Positions 28,260 through 37,938 of a stretch of DNA of 64,000 nt are shown here, in pieces. The notes under the pieces are model-generated. The model had not been told where the DNA came from and did not search any database. It saw only the letters and a program-made list of their open reading frames with translations. Location of the stretch: positions 50,741 through 114,740 of the IMG/VR virus record IMGVR_UViG_2879998633_000003. The stretch is one strand, 5' to 3'. How positions within the stretch are numbered: the stretch's first letter is position 1; each line of letters begins with the position of its first letter. Position numbers and translations under genes: made by a program. This stretch comes from a virus. Taxonomy: Duplodnaviria > Caudoviricetes.

Positions 28260-28597
28260 TTTTCGGTCCCCTTTTTGCAAAGAATTTCCAGCCGGGTACC
28301 TTTGCTATCTGGCACCGGAGGCCCGGTGACATTCAATGTCACTCCTTTGTAGGGGCCGTTCAGGACAAGAAGCCGCGATGATGCCGAAATATCTTTTCGA
28401 TATCGAACCCAGACACGAACGGTAGCATCCGCCCTTTCTGCTCCTGCAGTCAGGCTCTCTCGCCCACTGATTCCCTTAACCTCTGCCCAGATAGTGGCGC
28501 CGTCAGACCACTCTTCTGTTGGCTGACCACTCGGTGTTCGTGTAGTAATAAAATTACGGATGGTGATCCGATGCCGCATTGGTCCAATTTTCATCAT
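28256..28597 (-). CDS. Head closure/head-tail adaptor
   Basis: GPMRHRITI...WAEV...SGRE. Confidence 0.85.
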   Translation of the reverse strand: MMKIGPMRHRITIRNFITTRTPSGQPTEEWSDGATIWAEVKGISGRESLTAGAERADATVRVWVRYRKDISASSRLLVLNGPYKGVTLNVTGPPVPDSKGTRLEILCKKGTEK

Positions 28598-28606
28598 CCC
28601 CTCCGG

Positions 28607-28945
28607 CTAAACACCCATTTGAATTCGCCAGGGATTCAGCAACCAGCGTGCGGGTCCTGGAATATCAGGACTCTGATCATCCCCGCGGTTTTCATACAAC
28701 CAGCCCACGATAAGAAGAACCGCGCTCTGAATGGAGGGCGTGATGATAAGAGGACGATCGCCAGCGCTTTCATTCTCAACAGCACTATCCAGAGCAGCCT
28801 GGTCAGAGAAAAAGCGTCGGTTGAGAAACTGCATGGCAGCATCCTCCGCAGCGGCAAGATACCCCTCCACCATCGTTTTATCGATTTCATCATCCAGCCT
28901 GAGATGTTCCATGGCTGTTTCAGTGTTGATTACCGTCATAACCAT
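28607..28945 (-). CDS. Head-tail connector (HK97 gp6-like)
   Basis: HLRLD...AVLLIVGWLYENR. Confidence 0.88.
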   Translation of the reverse strand: MVMTVINTETAMEHLRLDDEIDKTMVEGYLAAAEDAAMQFLNRRFFSDQAALDSAVENESAGDRPLIITPSIQSAVLLIVGWLYENRGDDQSPDIPGPARWLLNPWRIQMGV

Positions 28946-29202
28946 TACCCTTTGGTTTCGGGGGCGCGGTTCATTTTGTTATCAGGGACTTCACCTACTA
29001 TGGTCACCAGCCCGTTACCTTTGAGCTCGGCAGCACGTAAGCGAGAGACATGAAACGGATCATCAGCTGGCGTCCTGAAAATGTCACCATCCATAAAACG
29101 CCGGACAGGCTGAACCTGAATAGTCCCGGACTCTGTGAGTTCTGGCGCCGCATTTACGCCGTCGGGTACAGACGGTTCAGCCACATTTTTTCTGGCCATC
29201 AC
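28945..29202 (-). CDS. Small head-associated hypothetical protein
   Basis: GGAG RBS; lies between capsid and connector genes. Confidence 0.65.
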   Translation of the reverse strand: MMARKNVAEPSVPDGVNAAPELTESGTIQVQPVRRFMDGDIFRTPADDPFHVSRLRAAELKGNGLVTIVGEVPDNKMNRAPETKG

Positions 29203-29244
29203 TATCTCCTCAGAAAGAGAGGGCCGCTAAGCGGCCCTGAATTG

Positions 29245-30465
29245 TCAGCCGCCAGAAGCGGTTACAGTACCGGTGACAAATGCTTCCGGACGATAAACCG
29301 CTAACGCCAGACGCTCTTCCGCACGAATGGTGACCATGTTTTTAATAAAGTCATCTTCGTTCTCAGTGGAGAGCAGCACTTCGATATCCATGCGGTCGAA
29401 GATTTGCGCAGCCATGTTGAAGGCACCAGTCAGGAAGTTGTTCTGCGCCATGGCCTGTGTTTCCACAACAGGGAGACCCCAGATACGAGGAACACCACCA
29501 TTGACCGGCTGCGCGATGATATAGCGACCTTCGTTATCTTTGGTCAGCTCGATGCCTGCCCAGTCAATCGGGTTCAGGACAAAACCAGACGCCGGATATT
29601 CCGCAAGAACGGCCTGAAGAACAGCCAGGCGAAGACGGTCGATCGGCGTGGCATTGGACAGGGTTAGGGCTGGCGCAAATTCTGTTGCCTGCGGCAGAAT
29701 ACCGAGGATATTCGCGCCGGTGCCATCGCCGCTCAGCAGTTGCTGCTCTTCTTTGAAACGAAGACCATACTGAGCGCGGCCATTGATATAGCTGGCCAGA
29801 CCGGGCGCATCGTCCAGGATCTGACGGGACGCTTTAAAGTAATGCGCAATAGTACGAACCGGCGCACTTTTCAAATCAAACCGAATGTCAGATTTTGGTT
29901 TCAGGGCACCTTCCGCCACAGCTGCAGCATTATTGGTAAACCCCGTTTCCTGAACGAATTCAATACCGTTAGATGCGGTAGTGCCGGGGATAAGCAGATT
30001 ACGGATGGTCAGAGTACGTTCCGGCGGGGCGATAATGCCCTGAACACGATCGGAGACCACCAGGCTGTTGGTTGGGCTCGCGCCTGTGCCCGTAGTGGCC
30101 GGCACGTTCATAATATCTTTCTGTTCCAGTTTGACGCGGATGCTCTTACGGGCCGAACTGTCCATACCTTTGAACTCTTCACTTTCGACCACCAGCTCAC
30201 CGAGCGATTTTCGCTGTGCAGGTGCATCGTTCGGGCGGCGTGCACCTTTTTGCTCCAGCTCAGTGAGACGTTCTTTCAGCTCGTTCATCTGATTAAGGCT
30301 TTCGTCCGTTCGTTGTTTCAGTTCCAGCGAAACGGTTTCTCCTGCCTCCATTTTTTTCTTCACGTCTTCGCCAAAGTTTTTGACCTGATCAATCACCATG
30401 GTGAGTTGATTAGAGATTTCGCCAATACTTTGTGGCTGATCATCAGCCGATTTTTTCTGGTACAT
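29245..30465 (-). CDS. Major capsid protein, HK97 family
   Basis: Coiled-coil delta domain; AEERLALAVYRPEAFV. Confidence 0.95.
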   Translation of the reverse strand: MYQKKSADDQPQSIGEISNQLTMVIDQVKNFGEDVKKKMEAGETVSLELKQRTDESLNQMNELKERLTELEQKGARRPNDAPAQRKSLGELVVESEEFKGMDSSARKSIRVKLEQKDIMNVPATTGTGASPTNSLVVSDRVQGIIAPPERTLTIRNLLIPGTTASNGIEFVQETGFTNNAAAVAEGALKPKSDIRFDLKSAPVRTIAHYFKASRQILDDAPGLASYINGRAQYGLRFKEEQQLLSGDGTGANILGILPQATEFAPALTLSNATPIDRLRLAVLQAVLAEYPASGFVLNPIDWAGIELTKDNEGRYIIAQPVNGGVPRIWGLPVVETQAMAQNNFLTGAFNMAAQIFDRMDIEVLLSTENEDDFIKNMVTIRAEERLALAVYRPEAFVTGTVTASGG

Positions 30466-30474
30466 ATAAATCCC

Positions 30475-31182
30475 TTAGAGAATTTTTGGGAGAGAAAACT
30501 GGCTCAGTTGCTGGCGCATCGCCGCAATAGCCGCTTTGGTTTCGCCGTCTTCGCCCCCGGACTCACTCCGGTCAAGCAGATAGGACAGTCCGCGGGAGGC
30601 GACCGCAGCGGACTGACTTTTCGAGAAACCTGCCTCTCGCAGGAACTTCTCAAATTCAGGTAAGGAAGGAAGATCACCGTGTGACAATTTCGACTTAATG
30701 ACGTCGATGCGGGCATCGTCGTTGGCTGGTACGGTAACGATGGAGATTTCAACCAGGTCGAGCTTCGTTAATGTGCGGATCCGGGTTTTCTCATCGTAAT
30801 TCGATTCCCGAACGTAATAGCCAATGGAAAGGCCCGTAATGGCACGGGTTTTCATGCCTCTCCATGCAGTTTTGGCGTAGGCGGCGTCGTCCAGCCACAA
30901 AGCGCCTTCACCAAAAAGCCCATGCTTATCTTCTTTCAGGGTTGAGATATCCCAGTTCCCGATGGGTTCACCAGTGCGATGCTGCCAGAGAACAGGGAAC
31001 GTCCTCCCCTTAGCCCGCGTTTCCTCGATGCTTTCGAGGAATGCGCCCGGCGCCACGACTTCGTTGTAGCTATCCACCACATCGAAAACAGAACCGTATC
31101 CAGAAAAAAGGCCGTCATCGTTGACAGCCTTAATATCGAAGTCGAATGCCTTTACTTTCATGGCTGCGTTTTTCCGGTACAT
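30475..31182 (-). CDS. Prohead protease, HK97 family
   Basis: FSGYGSVF, LWQH, GLSIGY, EISIVTVPAN. Confidence 0.95.
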   Translation of the reverse strand: MYRKNAAMKVKAFDFDIKAVNDDGLFSGYGSVFDVVDSYNEVVAPGAFLESIEETRAKGRTFPVLWQHRTGEPIGNWDISTLKEDKHGLFGEGALWLDDAAYAKTAWRGMKTRAITGLSIGYYVRESNYDEKTRIRTLTKLDLVEISIVTVPANDDARIDVIKSKLSHGDLPSLPEFEKFLREAGFSKSQSAAVASRGLSYLLDRSESGGEDGETKAAIAAMRQQLSQFSLPKIL

Positions 31183-32477
31183 TCCGGCGTCTCCTCTGAT
31201 TTAATGCCAAGCCATTCCCGCAGTGCGTTTTTGGCTGATTCACTGTCGCCGGACTTGCCAAGCTGATCTATCGGCAGCAGGTTGGATTGAACGGTTAGTT
31301 GGTCAGCGCCAGGTTTTGGCTGAAGGTTTTCTTTTTGCCGTGCTTCATTGCGGGTCATCAGACCGTTCTGGGTCATCGTTGAGTAAAAAGCGGCACGGGC
31401 GGCGCTGTCAGCACGTAAGAGACCTTCGATGGAAAACTCTGCGAAGTACTTATTTCTTTCTCCCGGAGCCAGGAGACTTTTACGAATCGCCTGCTCAATA
31501 CGGGTCAGCCATGGACGAAGTGAAAACGTTAAAAAGCCAATCAGCATCTGTTCGACGCCACTTCCCCACATCGTCTGCCCCTGGGCGGTATGTCCAATCA
31601 ACCCCGGCCATACTCTGAACCACCGACAAATCTCTTCGATATTGAAGGCTCTGGACTGCAGCATCTGGGCATCTTCCGGGTTGAGGTCAACAGGCTGAAA
31701 CTTCATTCCCGCTTCAAGAACCATCATTTTCCCGGTATTCATGGAACCGGAAAATTGTTCAACCATGCTTTCCCGTACTTCATTGCGCTGCTCTTTTTTC
31801 AGGATCTGATCCATCGAGAGAACGCCGCTGGGCCGCATACCGTTTTTAAAAACTTTGGCGCTGGCTTCATCTGTTGCCATTGCCAGACCAAGAGTCTGCC
31901 GGGCATAACTGACAGGTGATAGCCCCATCACCCCGTTAGTGCTGAAGGCGCGGATGTGCATGATGTCCCGTTCATCAATGTTTCGGGATGTACCTGAAGG
32001 CCAGTCACGGTAGGTATAAATGGGCCCTCCGCTCTTGCTTAAATCAACCTTCATCCTTTCTGGCCTGAGAGGCACCAGCGAGGTAATACGCTTTCCGGTT
32101 CGATCGATTTCTGCATAAGCATTCCCCCACAAAAGCAGGCTGGCCATGATCATTTCCCAGAACTCCACTGCTGTCATATCAGCATTGGGTTGATTATGGA
32201 GGAGCTCATAAAGCGGGTGATCATTTGCATTCTGGCGACCGTCAGCCGTTTTTTCGTAAAAACCAACAGGCAACGTCGCGATGGTTTCGGATAACAGCCT
32301 TACACATGACCACACTGCCGATAACTGCAGGGCTTTATCAACCGTAACGGATTTCCCTGCTGCGGACTGCCCACCAGCATAAGCAGCCCAGAATTCACCG
32401 TCGGTAAGGGAGATGGGTACGCCGAGCCACCGGCGAACGGCGCTTTTTATCCGGCCTGGCTTCTTCTCTTTATTCAT
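31158..32477 (-). CDS. Portal protein, HK97 family
   Basis: HNQPN, LLWGNAY, MTRNEAR. Confidence 0.95.
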   Translation of the reverse strand: MNKEKKPGRIKSAVRRWLGVPISLTDGEFWAAYAGGQSAAGKSVTVDKALQLSAVWSCVRLLSETIATLPVGFYEKTADGRQNANDHPLYELLHNQPNADMTAVEFWEMIMASLLLWGNAYAEIDRTGKRITSLVPLRPERMKVDLSKSGGPIYTYRDWPSGTSRNIDERDIMHIRAFSTNGVMGLSPVSYARQTLGLAMATDEASAKVFKNGMRPSGVLSMDQILKKEQRNEVRESMVEQFSGSMNTGKMMVLEAGMKFQPVDLNPEDAQMLQSRAFNIEEICRWFRVWPGLIGHTAQGQTMWGSGVEQMLIGFLTFSLRPWLTRIEQAIRKSLLAPGERNKYFAEFSIEGLLRADSAARAAFYSTMTQNGLMTRNEARQKENLQPKPGADQLTVQSNLLPIDQLGKSGDSESAKNALREWLGIKSEETPECTGKTQP

Positions 32478-32483
32478 GGTGAC

Positions 32484-34220
32484 TCACACAATGATGGGAT
32501 TACTGAAAAAGTCGTCGATATCGCCAGAATCATCCTCATAGCCTTCGGAGGCACCGATTGCCATAGCGCCCGCTACAATGCCGTCGATACGCCCGGTACT
32601 TTTTTTCTTGGCAAAAATTCGGTTTTCTTTCTGATCAGCCTCCGTCACTGCTGAAGCCGCATTCCAGCGAAGACAAGGGTTCGTCCTGATGATAATGACG
32701 CTGTCATCAAGCAACTCTTCAAACAATTCGATGGAGTGAGGCATCCACAGCCCGGAATCTTTCGCTTTGTAATACCCTTGCCCATGAGGGATTAAGGGAA
32801 CAGAAACAGATGCTTCCTCAAGCTCCGGCTCAAGATATTTAATGCGATACTGGTCGAAGGCGATGGCCTTGATATCAAACTTCTCCGTCAGATCGGCAAT
32901 ACGCTGGGCAACAAAGCCGTATTTCACCGCTTTGCCTGGCGTAGTGTGGATGTGACCATCGCGCTCCCAGGCGTCATAAGGCACCCGGTCCGTTTTAGCC
33001 CGTTCGAGCAAGGTATCTTTGGGTGTCCAGAACTCCACCAGCAACTTGCGTTGTTTTGGAAAAAACAGCGCCAGGGCAGTCAAATCACGGGATCCCGACA
33101 AGTCCAGGCCACCGTAGCATTCCTCACCCTCCAGCTCATCTGGATCAAAGTTTTCCTCACATCCCATCCAGACATCACTGCTCATCCACGGGTTCGCCGC
33201 GTCAACCCACTGACAGAAGTTGAGACGCCTGACAATACTCTCTTTTGAAGGCATTCCCCGGGCCTGAGTCACCTGCTCACGAAGATAGCTTTCTTCAAAC
33301 GTGTGACCCAGCGAGGGGTTAGCCTTTTTCCAGCAGGACTCATCCTTGAAAGGATCGTCACCTTCATCCAGTGAACAAATAAAGGCGAAAAAACTGTCAT
33401 CTTCTATCGAACCGGCAGATACCTTTCTACCGTATTCGTGATAGTCATAGCAGACGCTGGTTTTATCGTGTCCACTGTTGGTGATCATAAAAATGAGTGC
33501 CTGCCGGCGACCTTTAGTGCCGGCGCGCATCATTTCAACAACCTGATTGCTTTTATGCTCGTGAACTTCATCAATAAGAGCGCAATGTGGTCGTGGACCC
33601 GACTGTCCGTCATCTGAACTAATTGGGCGAAAGAATGAACCAGCCTGAAGAAAAGCCAGGTTCCACTCTTTTCCGGCGCCGCCAGATTTCTGTATGCGTG
33701 CGGAAAGAGCCGGAGACTGATCGACCATCGCCACCGCATCACGAAATAGGACCATTGCCTGGTCTTTTTTCGTAGCAGCAGCATAAACTTCAGCACGAGG
33801 TTCTTTATCCGCAGTGAGACAGTAAAGACCTATCCCGGCAGAAAGGGGGGATTTGCCAGATCCTTTTCCTGATTCCACGTAAACCATTCGGAACCGGCGA
33901 AAACCTCTGGCATTTTTCCAGCCAAAAATCGAACCGACGATGAAACACTGCCATGGAAGCAGAACAAAAGGCGCACCTTCAAAATCGCCCCCGTTGAGCT
34001 TGAGGACTTTCGCAAAATAATCAATGGAGCGCTGTGCTGCCTCAACATCCCAATGGAGCCCTCGTGCATGGCAAGATTCAAGATCCCTGAGATGTCTCTG
34101 GCAGGCATTTCGAATGTCAGGACCGGCCAGTTCTTTTCCAGAGGTTACATCCTTTGCATACTGCGTTGCCGGATCAACCGAAGAACTTGTCGAGCGTGTC
34201 TTCTTCGGGGGTTTCGCCAT
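32484..34220 (-). CDS. Terminase large subunit
   Basis: GKGSGKS Walker A, IDEVHEH, GLDLS, RIDG. Confidence 0.95.
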   Translation of the reverse strand: MAKPPKKTRSTSSSVDPATQYAKDVTSGKELAGPDIRNACQRHLRDLESCHARGLHWDVEAAQRSIDYFAKVLKLNGGDFEGAPFVLLPWQCFIVGSIFGWKNARGFRRFRMVYVESGKGSGKSPLSAGIGLYCLTADKEPRAEVYAAATKKDQAMVLFRDAVAMVDQSPALSARIQKSGGAGKEWNLAFLQAGSFFRPISSDDGQSGPRPHCALIDEVHEHKSNQVVEMMRAGTKGRRQALIFMITNSGHDKTSVCYDYHEYGRKVSAGSIEDDSFFAFICSLDEGDDPFKDESCWKKANPSLGHTFEESYLREQVTQARGMPSKESIVRRLNFCQWVDAANPWMSSDVWMGCEENFDPDELEGEECYGGLDLSGSRDLTALALFFPKQRKLLVEFWTPKDTLLERAKTDRVPYDAWERDGHIHTTPGKAVKYGFVAQRIADLTEKFDIKAIAFDQYRIKYLEPELEEASVSVPLIPHGQGYYKAKDSGLWMPHSIELFEELLDDSVIIIRTNPCLRWNAASAVTEADQKENRIFAKKKSTGRIDGIVAGAMAIGASEGYEDDSGDIDDFFSNPIIV

Positions 34221-34638
34221 TCACTTTCACCTTCGTCCTTGCCGCTGGTGTCAGACCGAATTCAACCAGGTAACTTTTAAAACGACGGTCGGCATCAGCC
34301 AGCATTGAAACTGCCGGGTTGGCCTTTATCAGAAAACCACCCTCGGTCTGGACGGTATAAGTTCTGCCCTCTACAGCGATGGTGTCGCGCAGTTGCAGGA
34401 TATCGGCATAAATATCGCAAAGCCTTTCAAGCGCCAAAGTATCTGCAACGGTGAGAACACCCATACCATCGAGAAGCACAGTCAGCCGACCCCATGCCAC
34501 TTTACCCCAGTCGGTAAGATGAGCTGGGGGGCCTGGAATTTCTTTAGCTGGCGTGGGTTCTTTATCGTTGAGTTTTCGTTTGCCCGGGTTGCCGGTAACC
34601 ACTTTGAGGTGGGTCGGTTTCGGGCGTCGTCCTGCCAT
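34174..34638 (-). CDS. Terminase small subunit, P27 family
   Basis: GRRPKPT...GNPGKR...EFGLTPAAR. Confidence 0.92.
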   Translation of the reverse strand: MAGRRPKPTHLKVVTGNPGKRKLNDKEPTPAKEIPGPPAHLTDWGKVAWGRLTVLLDGMGVLTVADTLALERLCDIYADILQLRDTIAVEGRTYTVQTEGGFLIKANPAVSMLADADRRFKSYLVEFGLTPAARTKVKVNGETPEEDTLDKFFG

Positions 34639-34684
34639 CGGAACCTCCCGGAAAAAAACTTTTCATTTCGCGGTTGTGCACAAA

Positions 34685-34745
34685 AAGGACTGGCGGCGGT
34701 CATTTGGGTTCGAGGTTCTGAACTTTTGACCCGCCCCTCCCACTC
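34685..34745 (-). other. Probable cos region (CGCCGCCAGT at 34689-34698, G-rich block upstream)
   Basis: Lies between HNH and terS as in HK97-type phages; exact overhang is inferred. Confidence 0.5.
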
Positions 34746-34820
34746 AGATGAGAATCGATATCATTTGAATGCTAATGATTTCAAATGACAATCAATTTTG
34801 AGATGTATTGATAATGGTTA

Positions 34821-35162
34821 TCACTTAAACCAATGAGAAGCCGGGTCCAGTGGCATCCCGTTTTCATCGCAGCCGATCACGGTGCCACGCTTCTCCATTC
34901 GCTGCTTCGTTGAGTCGTGGTGCTGCTTACACATCCCTTGCCAGTTCTTCCGGCTCCAGAAAAGCTTTTGTGCCTTCGCTATTGCCTGGCTGTCAGCAGA
35001 GCGCAGAGCCTCTTTCAGTTTGTGCGGGATGATATGGTCAACCACCGTTGCAGCTGTCACCCTGCCTTGCTCCTGGCACATGACGCATAAGGGGTGCGCA
35101 CGCAGGAAGATAAGACGCTCTCGGTCCCACTTGCTGCCGTAGATGCGGGGCTCTTTGTTCAC
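34821..35162 (-). CDS. HNH endonuclease (HK97 gp74-like packaging cofactor)
   Basis: CVMC...VVDHIIPH...NWQGMCKQHH. Confidence 0.9.
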   Translation of the reverse strand: MNKEPRIYGSKWDRERLIFLRAHPLCVMCQEQGRVTAATVVDHIIPHKLKEALRSADSQAIAKAQKLFWSRKNWQGMCKQHHDSTKQRMEKRGTVIGCDENGMPLDPASHWFK

Positions 35163-35217
35163 GTAATCGCTCCTTGAGCATTATCACAGGCGCTCAACGA
35201 GTGCCTGCTGTAATGCC

Positions 35218-35463
35218 TTAGCTGGCCTGCTCAGCGCCGGTATCAAAAAGCGCTAACGCTTCCGTCGACTCCTGAAGCGCTTTGATAGTCCGTGCCACCA
35301 CTTCAGTTTCAGTTACCACGCGGTTGTACTGCTGGATGAACAGCTGATATTTGAGCGGGCTATCCTGGACGAACTCAATAGCCTTAGCAGCGGCTGCGGT
35401 GTCGTAGTTCAGGATGGAAAGCAGATTCAGTCGAATCTGTTCTGCTGGTGTAATCTCTGACAT
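35218..35463 (-). CDS. Hypothetical protein
   Basis: GAGG RBS; 81 aa. Confidence 0.7.
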   Translation of the reverse strand: MSEITPAEQIRLNLLSILNYDTAAAAKAIEFVQDSPLKYQLFIQQYNRVVTETEVVARTIKALQESTEALALFDTGAEQAS

Positions 35464-35529
35464 GTCTTACCTCTGTGCGATGTGGGGAGCATTATTGAAG
35501 CCACTCGGCAGAATGGCTCCTGTAATGCC

Positions 35530-35919
35530 TTACTTAACTGTTTCGATGGTCGCGCCGTGGCTGTTGGTGATGTAAATCTGATCGCCTTTGTAAAGAAACT
35601 GGTATCCAACACCACCAAACTCATGTATGTCCGGGAAAGCTGGCGAAGGAATCCCTGAACAAATAATGGCAATGCAATCAGCCCGGTTTGCTCCAGTACG
35701 CTCGACCGTTAATTGATGCTCATCGCCAACTGGTTTCGTCATATCTTGGTCCTCATAGGACATCGGGATATGCTCAATGATGTCAGGCGCCATAACATCC
35801 AGTTCATCAGCAAGAGCAAAAGCCTGACGCCATTGCTCAGAGCCAGGGCGAGCAACGGTGATTTCTTTTGCCTCATACAATGAGGTGGCGTTGTTAATAA
35901 TCTGCTTAACGGTAAACAT
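35530..35919 (-). CDS. Hypothetical protein
   Basis: AGGAG RBS; GYQFLYKGDQIYITNSHGATI C-terminus. Confidence 0.7.
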   Translation of the reverse strand: MFTVKQIINNATSLYEAKEITVARPGSEQWRQAFALADELDVMAPDIIEHIPMSYEDQDMTKPVGDEHQLTVERTGANRADCIAIICSGIPSPAFPDIHEFGGVGYQFLYKGDQIYITNSHGATIETVK

Positions 35920-36003
35920 TGTCTTCTCCTGCTTCTTGTAATAAAAAGCCCCGCTATTGCGAGGCATCGTATTTACTTGTATTTGATATTTATTGCCAAC
36001 GAA

Positions 36004-36492
36004 TCAACCTGGTAATCCGTCGATGTAGCTAAATATAAAACTGGCATCCATCATATTACTTTGATTAAAGCGGCTTCTTTTTATTGCCTCAAACCCTTCC
36101 TGCTTACTAGGCCAATTATTGCAACAATCATTCATATTGTTGTTTTTTTCAAACCACAGTTTTTTGAAACTGAACTCTTCAGCAACCTTTTCAAAAGCAA
36201 CAACTGTTTTCTTCTGAGTTCGTGTAGCAGTGATGATCACGTTGCATCCCATCTCAGCTAACTCTTTGGTAGATTTTTCAACCTGAGAGCCCAAATCCCC
36301 CAAAGTGGATATCCCAATCTTAAGTCCATCACGCTCAAATACAGCTATAAGATCCTTTTCTCCACCAGGGTGGGGTTTTGCTGCCATAAAGGATGCATAG
36401 CGATCACTTTGCTCAAACAGTTTTATCAGAAATATTAGCGTTTCACTTTTTCCCCTGTTGCTGGAACCGAATACACCCATCATTAAGTTCAT
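36004..36492 (-). CDS. Small P-loop NTPase-like moron
   Basis: GSSNRGKS Walker A at N-terminus; AT-rich; AAGGAG RBS; terminator at ~35944-35965. Confidence 0.6.
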   Translation of the reverse strand: MNLMMGVFGSSNRGKSETLIFLIKLFEQSDRYASFMAAKPHPGGEKDLIAVFERDGLKIGISTLGDLGSQVEKSTKELAEMGCNVIITATRTQKKTVVAFEKVAEEFSFKKLWFEKNNNMNDCCNNWPSKQEGFEAIKRSRFNQSNMMDASFIFSYIDGLPG

Positions 36493-36562
36493 CTTGCAGC
36501 ACTCCTTACTGTGTCGTCTTCCCTGATATAATGCTCATGCTGTGTTGATGCAACAGTTTTTA

Positions 36563-36796
36563 TTAGCTATTAGTAGCTTTGTCGGTTTGTTGCGGGCAGT
36601 TCACCAGCACTGATTTGTTGTGCGCCAGAATGTCGCGCTTGGTCTGACGGTCCATTACGTCGATATCGTGGTCGATCAGGTAGATAATCCGCACCCAGCT
36701 GCACGCGGTATCAACGACTACCGGGGCGGGTAAACTTTCCGCGCAGCTCCCGATCAACATCGTCATCAGGCATATGGCTAACAGTCTGCTGTACAT
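36563..36796 (-). CDS. O-spanin lipoprotein (Rz1-like)
   Basis: Lipobox LIGSC; overlaps the upstream TM gene. Confidence 0.7.
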   Translation of the reverse strand: MYSRLLAICLMTMLIGSCAESLPAPVVVDTACSWVRIIYLIDHDIDVMDRQTKRDILAHNKSVLVNCPQQTDKATNS

Positions 36797-36986
36797 CGCT
36801 GGCCTCTTTCGTGACTTCTGCCTTACGTTCTGCCGCGGCGACGGTGGCGGCGGCGTTCTCTTCGGTGTGCCGCTGATCGGCCTTGGCTTCCGCCTTACTG
36901 GTCCCGCGTGCATGGCCGATGCCGAACGCACCGGCGATAGCTCCCAGCATCACAACCACCAGCCCTGCAATAATTTCGAAACTCAT
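36711..36986 (-). CDS. I-spanin (Rz-like)
   Basis: N-terminal TM followed by Ala/Glu-rich helix. Confidence 0.7.
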   Translation of the reverse strand: MSFEIIAGLVVVMLGAIAGAFGIGHARGTSKAEAKADQRHTEENAAATVAAAERKAEVTKEASDVQQTVSHMPDDDVDRELRGKFTRPGSR

Positions 36987-37157
36987 TGCTGCTGCCCCTT
37001 CAGTTCTCGGCCTTATCTTTCAGTGACGGTTGCCTTACGTATTGCGAGAGCACCGCCAGCACCACCAGAGCGGGGCTAATCATCGATGTGGGGAGCATTA
37101 TCGAAGCCACTAACTTAGTGACTTCTGTAATATCCTCACGTGGGGATGCAGGCTGTT

Positions 37158-37457
37158 TTATCCCTTAGTGGGGTTAACAGCCAGCATCAGGCCGGGCGAC
37201 TGCACGGCATGCCACATACAGGCTTCCTGCATTTTGGTACGCGCGATAGCCATGCAGCGCAAAGCCTCTACTCTCTCGGTTTCGGCCTGACTACCGCGCT
37301 CGACAACTTCAGCCGTTGCAACCTCTCGCTCAGTCTCGAGCAGACTGCAAAAATGCCGGCTGACACCTTTGAGGCGGTTCATGCGCTCAATGTCGCCAGC
37401 GGTTAATGTGCGGTAGCCTTTTACAGTGCTGCCGTCCTGCGGTTTTGCTTCACTCAT
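37158..37457 (-). CDS. Acb2-like anti-CBASS sponge homolog, frameshifted near the C-terminus
   Basis: KGYRTLTAGDIERMNRLK and RCMAIARTKMQ match the Acb2 pattern; 1-nt loss at ~37212. Confidence 0.75.
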   Translation of the reverse strand: MSEAKPQDGSTVKGYRTLTAGDIERMNRLKGVSRHFCSLLETEREVATAEVVERGSQAETERVEALRCMAIARTKMQEACMWHAVQSPGLMLAVNPTKG

Positions 37458-37542
37458 TTCGTAGCCCTTTCGGTTGTATCTGATTTGCTTTTACCGGCTC
37501 GTAGGTGGATATTGTTGGGAGGGAAAGCGTGGAGATAACCAA

Positions 37543-37725
37543 ATGAAACAGATACTTTTTACATGGTTTGCTTTTACAAATACCTATGCCTGCATCACCG
37601 CCAGCATTAACGTGAACAACTCACTAATGCTTGATTCAGCTGTGCCGTGGATTGTTGGGATTTCTCTTGGAGTAATCACCAATTACTTATTGGTTAAGAA
37701 ACTAAAGGAAAGCGGGGTTCTGTAG
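37543..37725 (+). CDS. 60-aa two-TM protein antisense to the late operon
   Basis: GGAG RBS; hydrophobic segments. Confidence 0.6.
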   Translation: MKQILFTWFAFTNTYACITASINVNNSLMLDSAVPWIVGISLGVITNYLLVKKLKESGVL

Positions 37726-37737
37726 CCCTGCCGGTTG

Positions 37738-37923
37738 CTAGCCTGCTTGCTTCTTAACGCTGTCCGGCATCACCGCGCCAACAACGCCAGCCAGCGCTAC
37801 GCCGCCAGCGATGACGGTTTCCTGAACGCCCGGAGGCATCTGATAGCCGAAGACACCAGCAATGACCAGGATAATGCCGCGCCAGGTAGACGGCTCTTTA
37901 AGTCGGTTAATGAGATAGTTCAT
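37738..37923 (-). CDS. Small two-TM holin-like protein
   Basis: RLKEPSTWRG motif plus two hydrophobic helices; follows the endolysin. Confidence 0.6.
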   Translation of the reverse strand: MNYLINRLKEPSTWRGIILVIAGVFGYQMPPGVQETVIAGGVALAGVVGAVMPDSVKKQAG

Positions 37924-37938
37924 AATTTACCTTCAGGT

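Larger units (their letters stand above)
35176..37135. repeat. Three dispersed GAGCATTAT...CTGTAAT stem-loops (35176-35217, 35487-35530, 37092-37135)
   Basis: Direct comparison of the three copies. Confidence 0.75.

Noticed and set aside
29740-30663. 307-aa plus-strand ORF and similar long antisense ORFs (e.g. 54774-55619, 9246-9749, 12150-12650)
   Set aside because: Shadow frames of well-supported genes on the opposite strand
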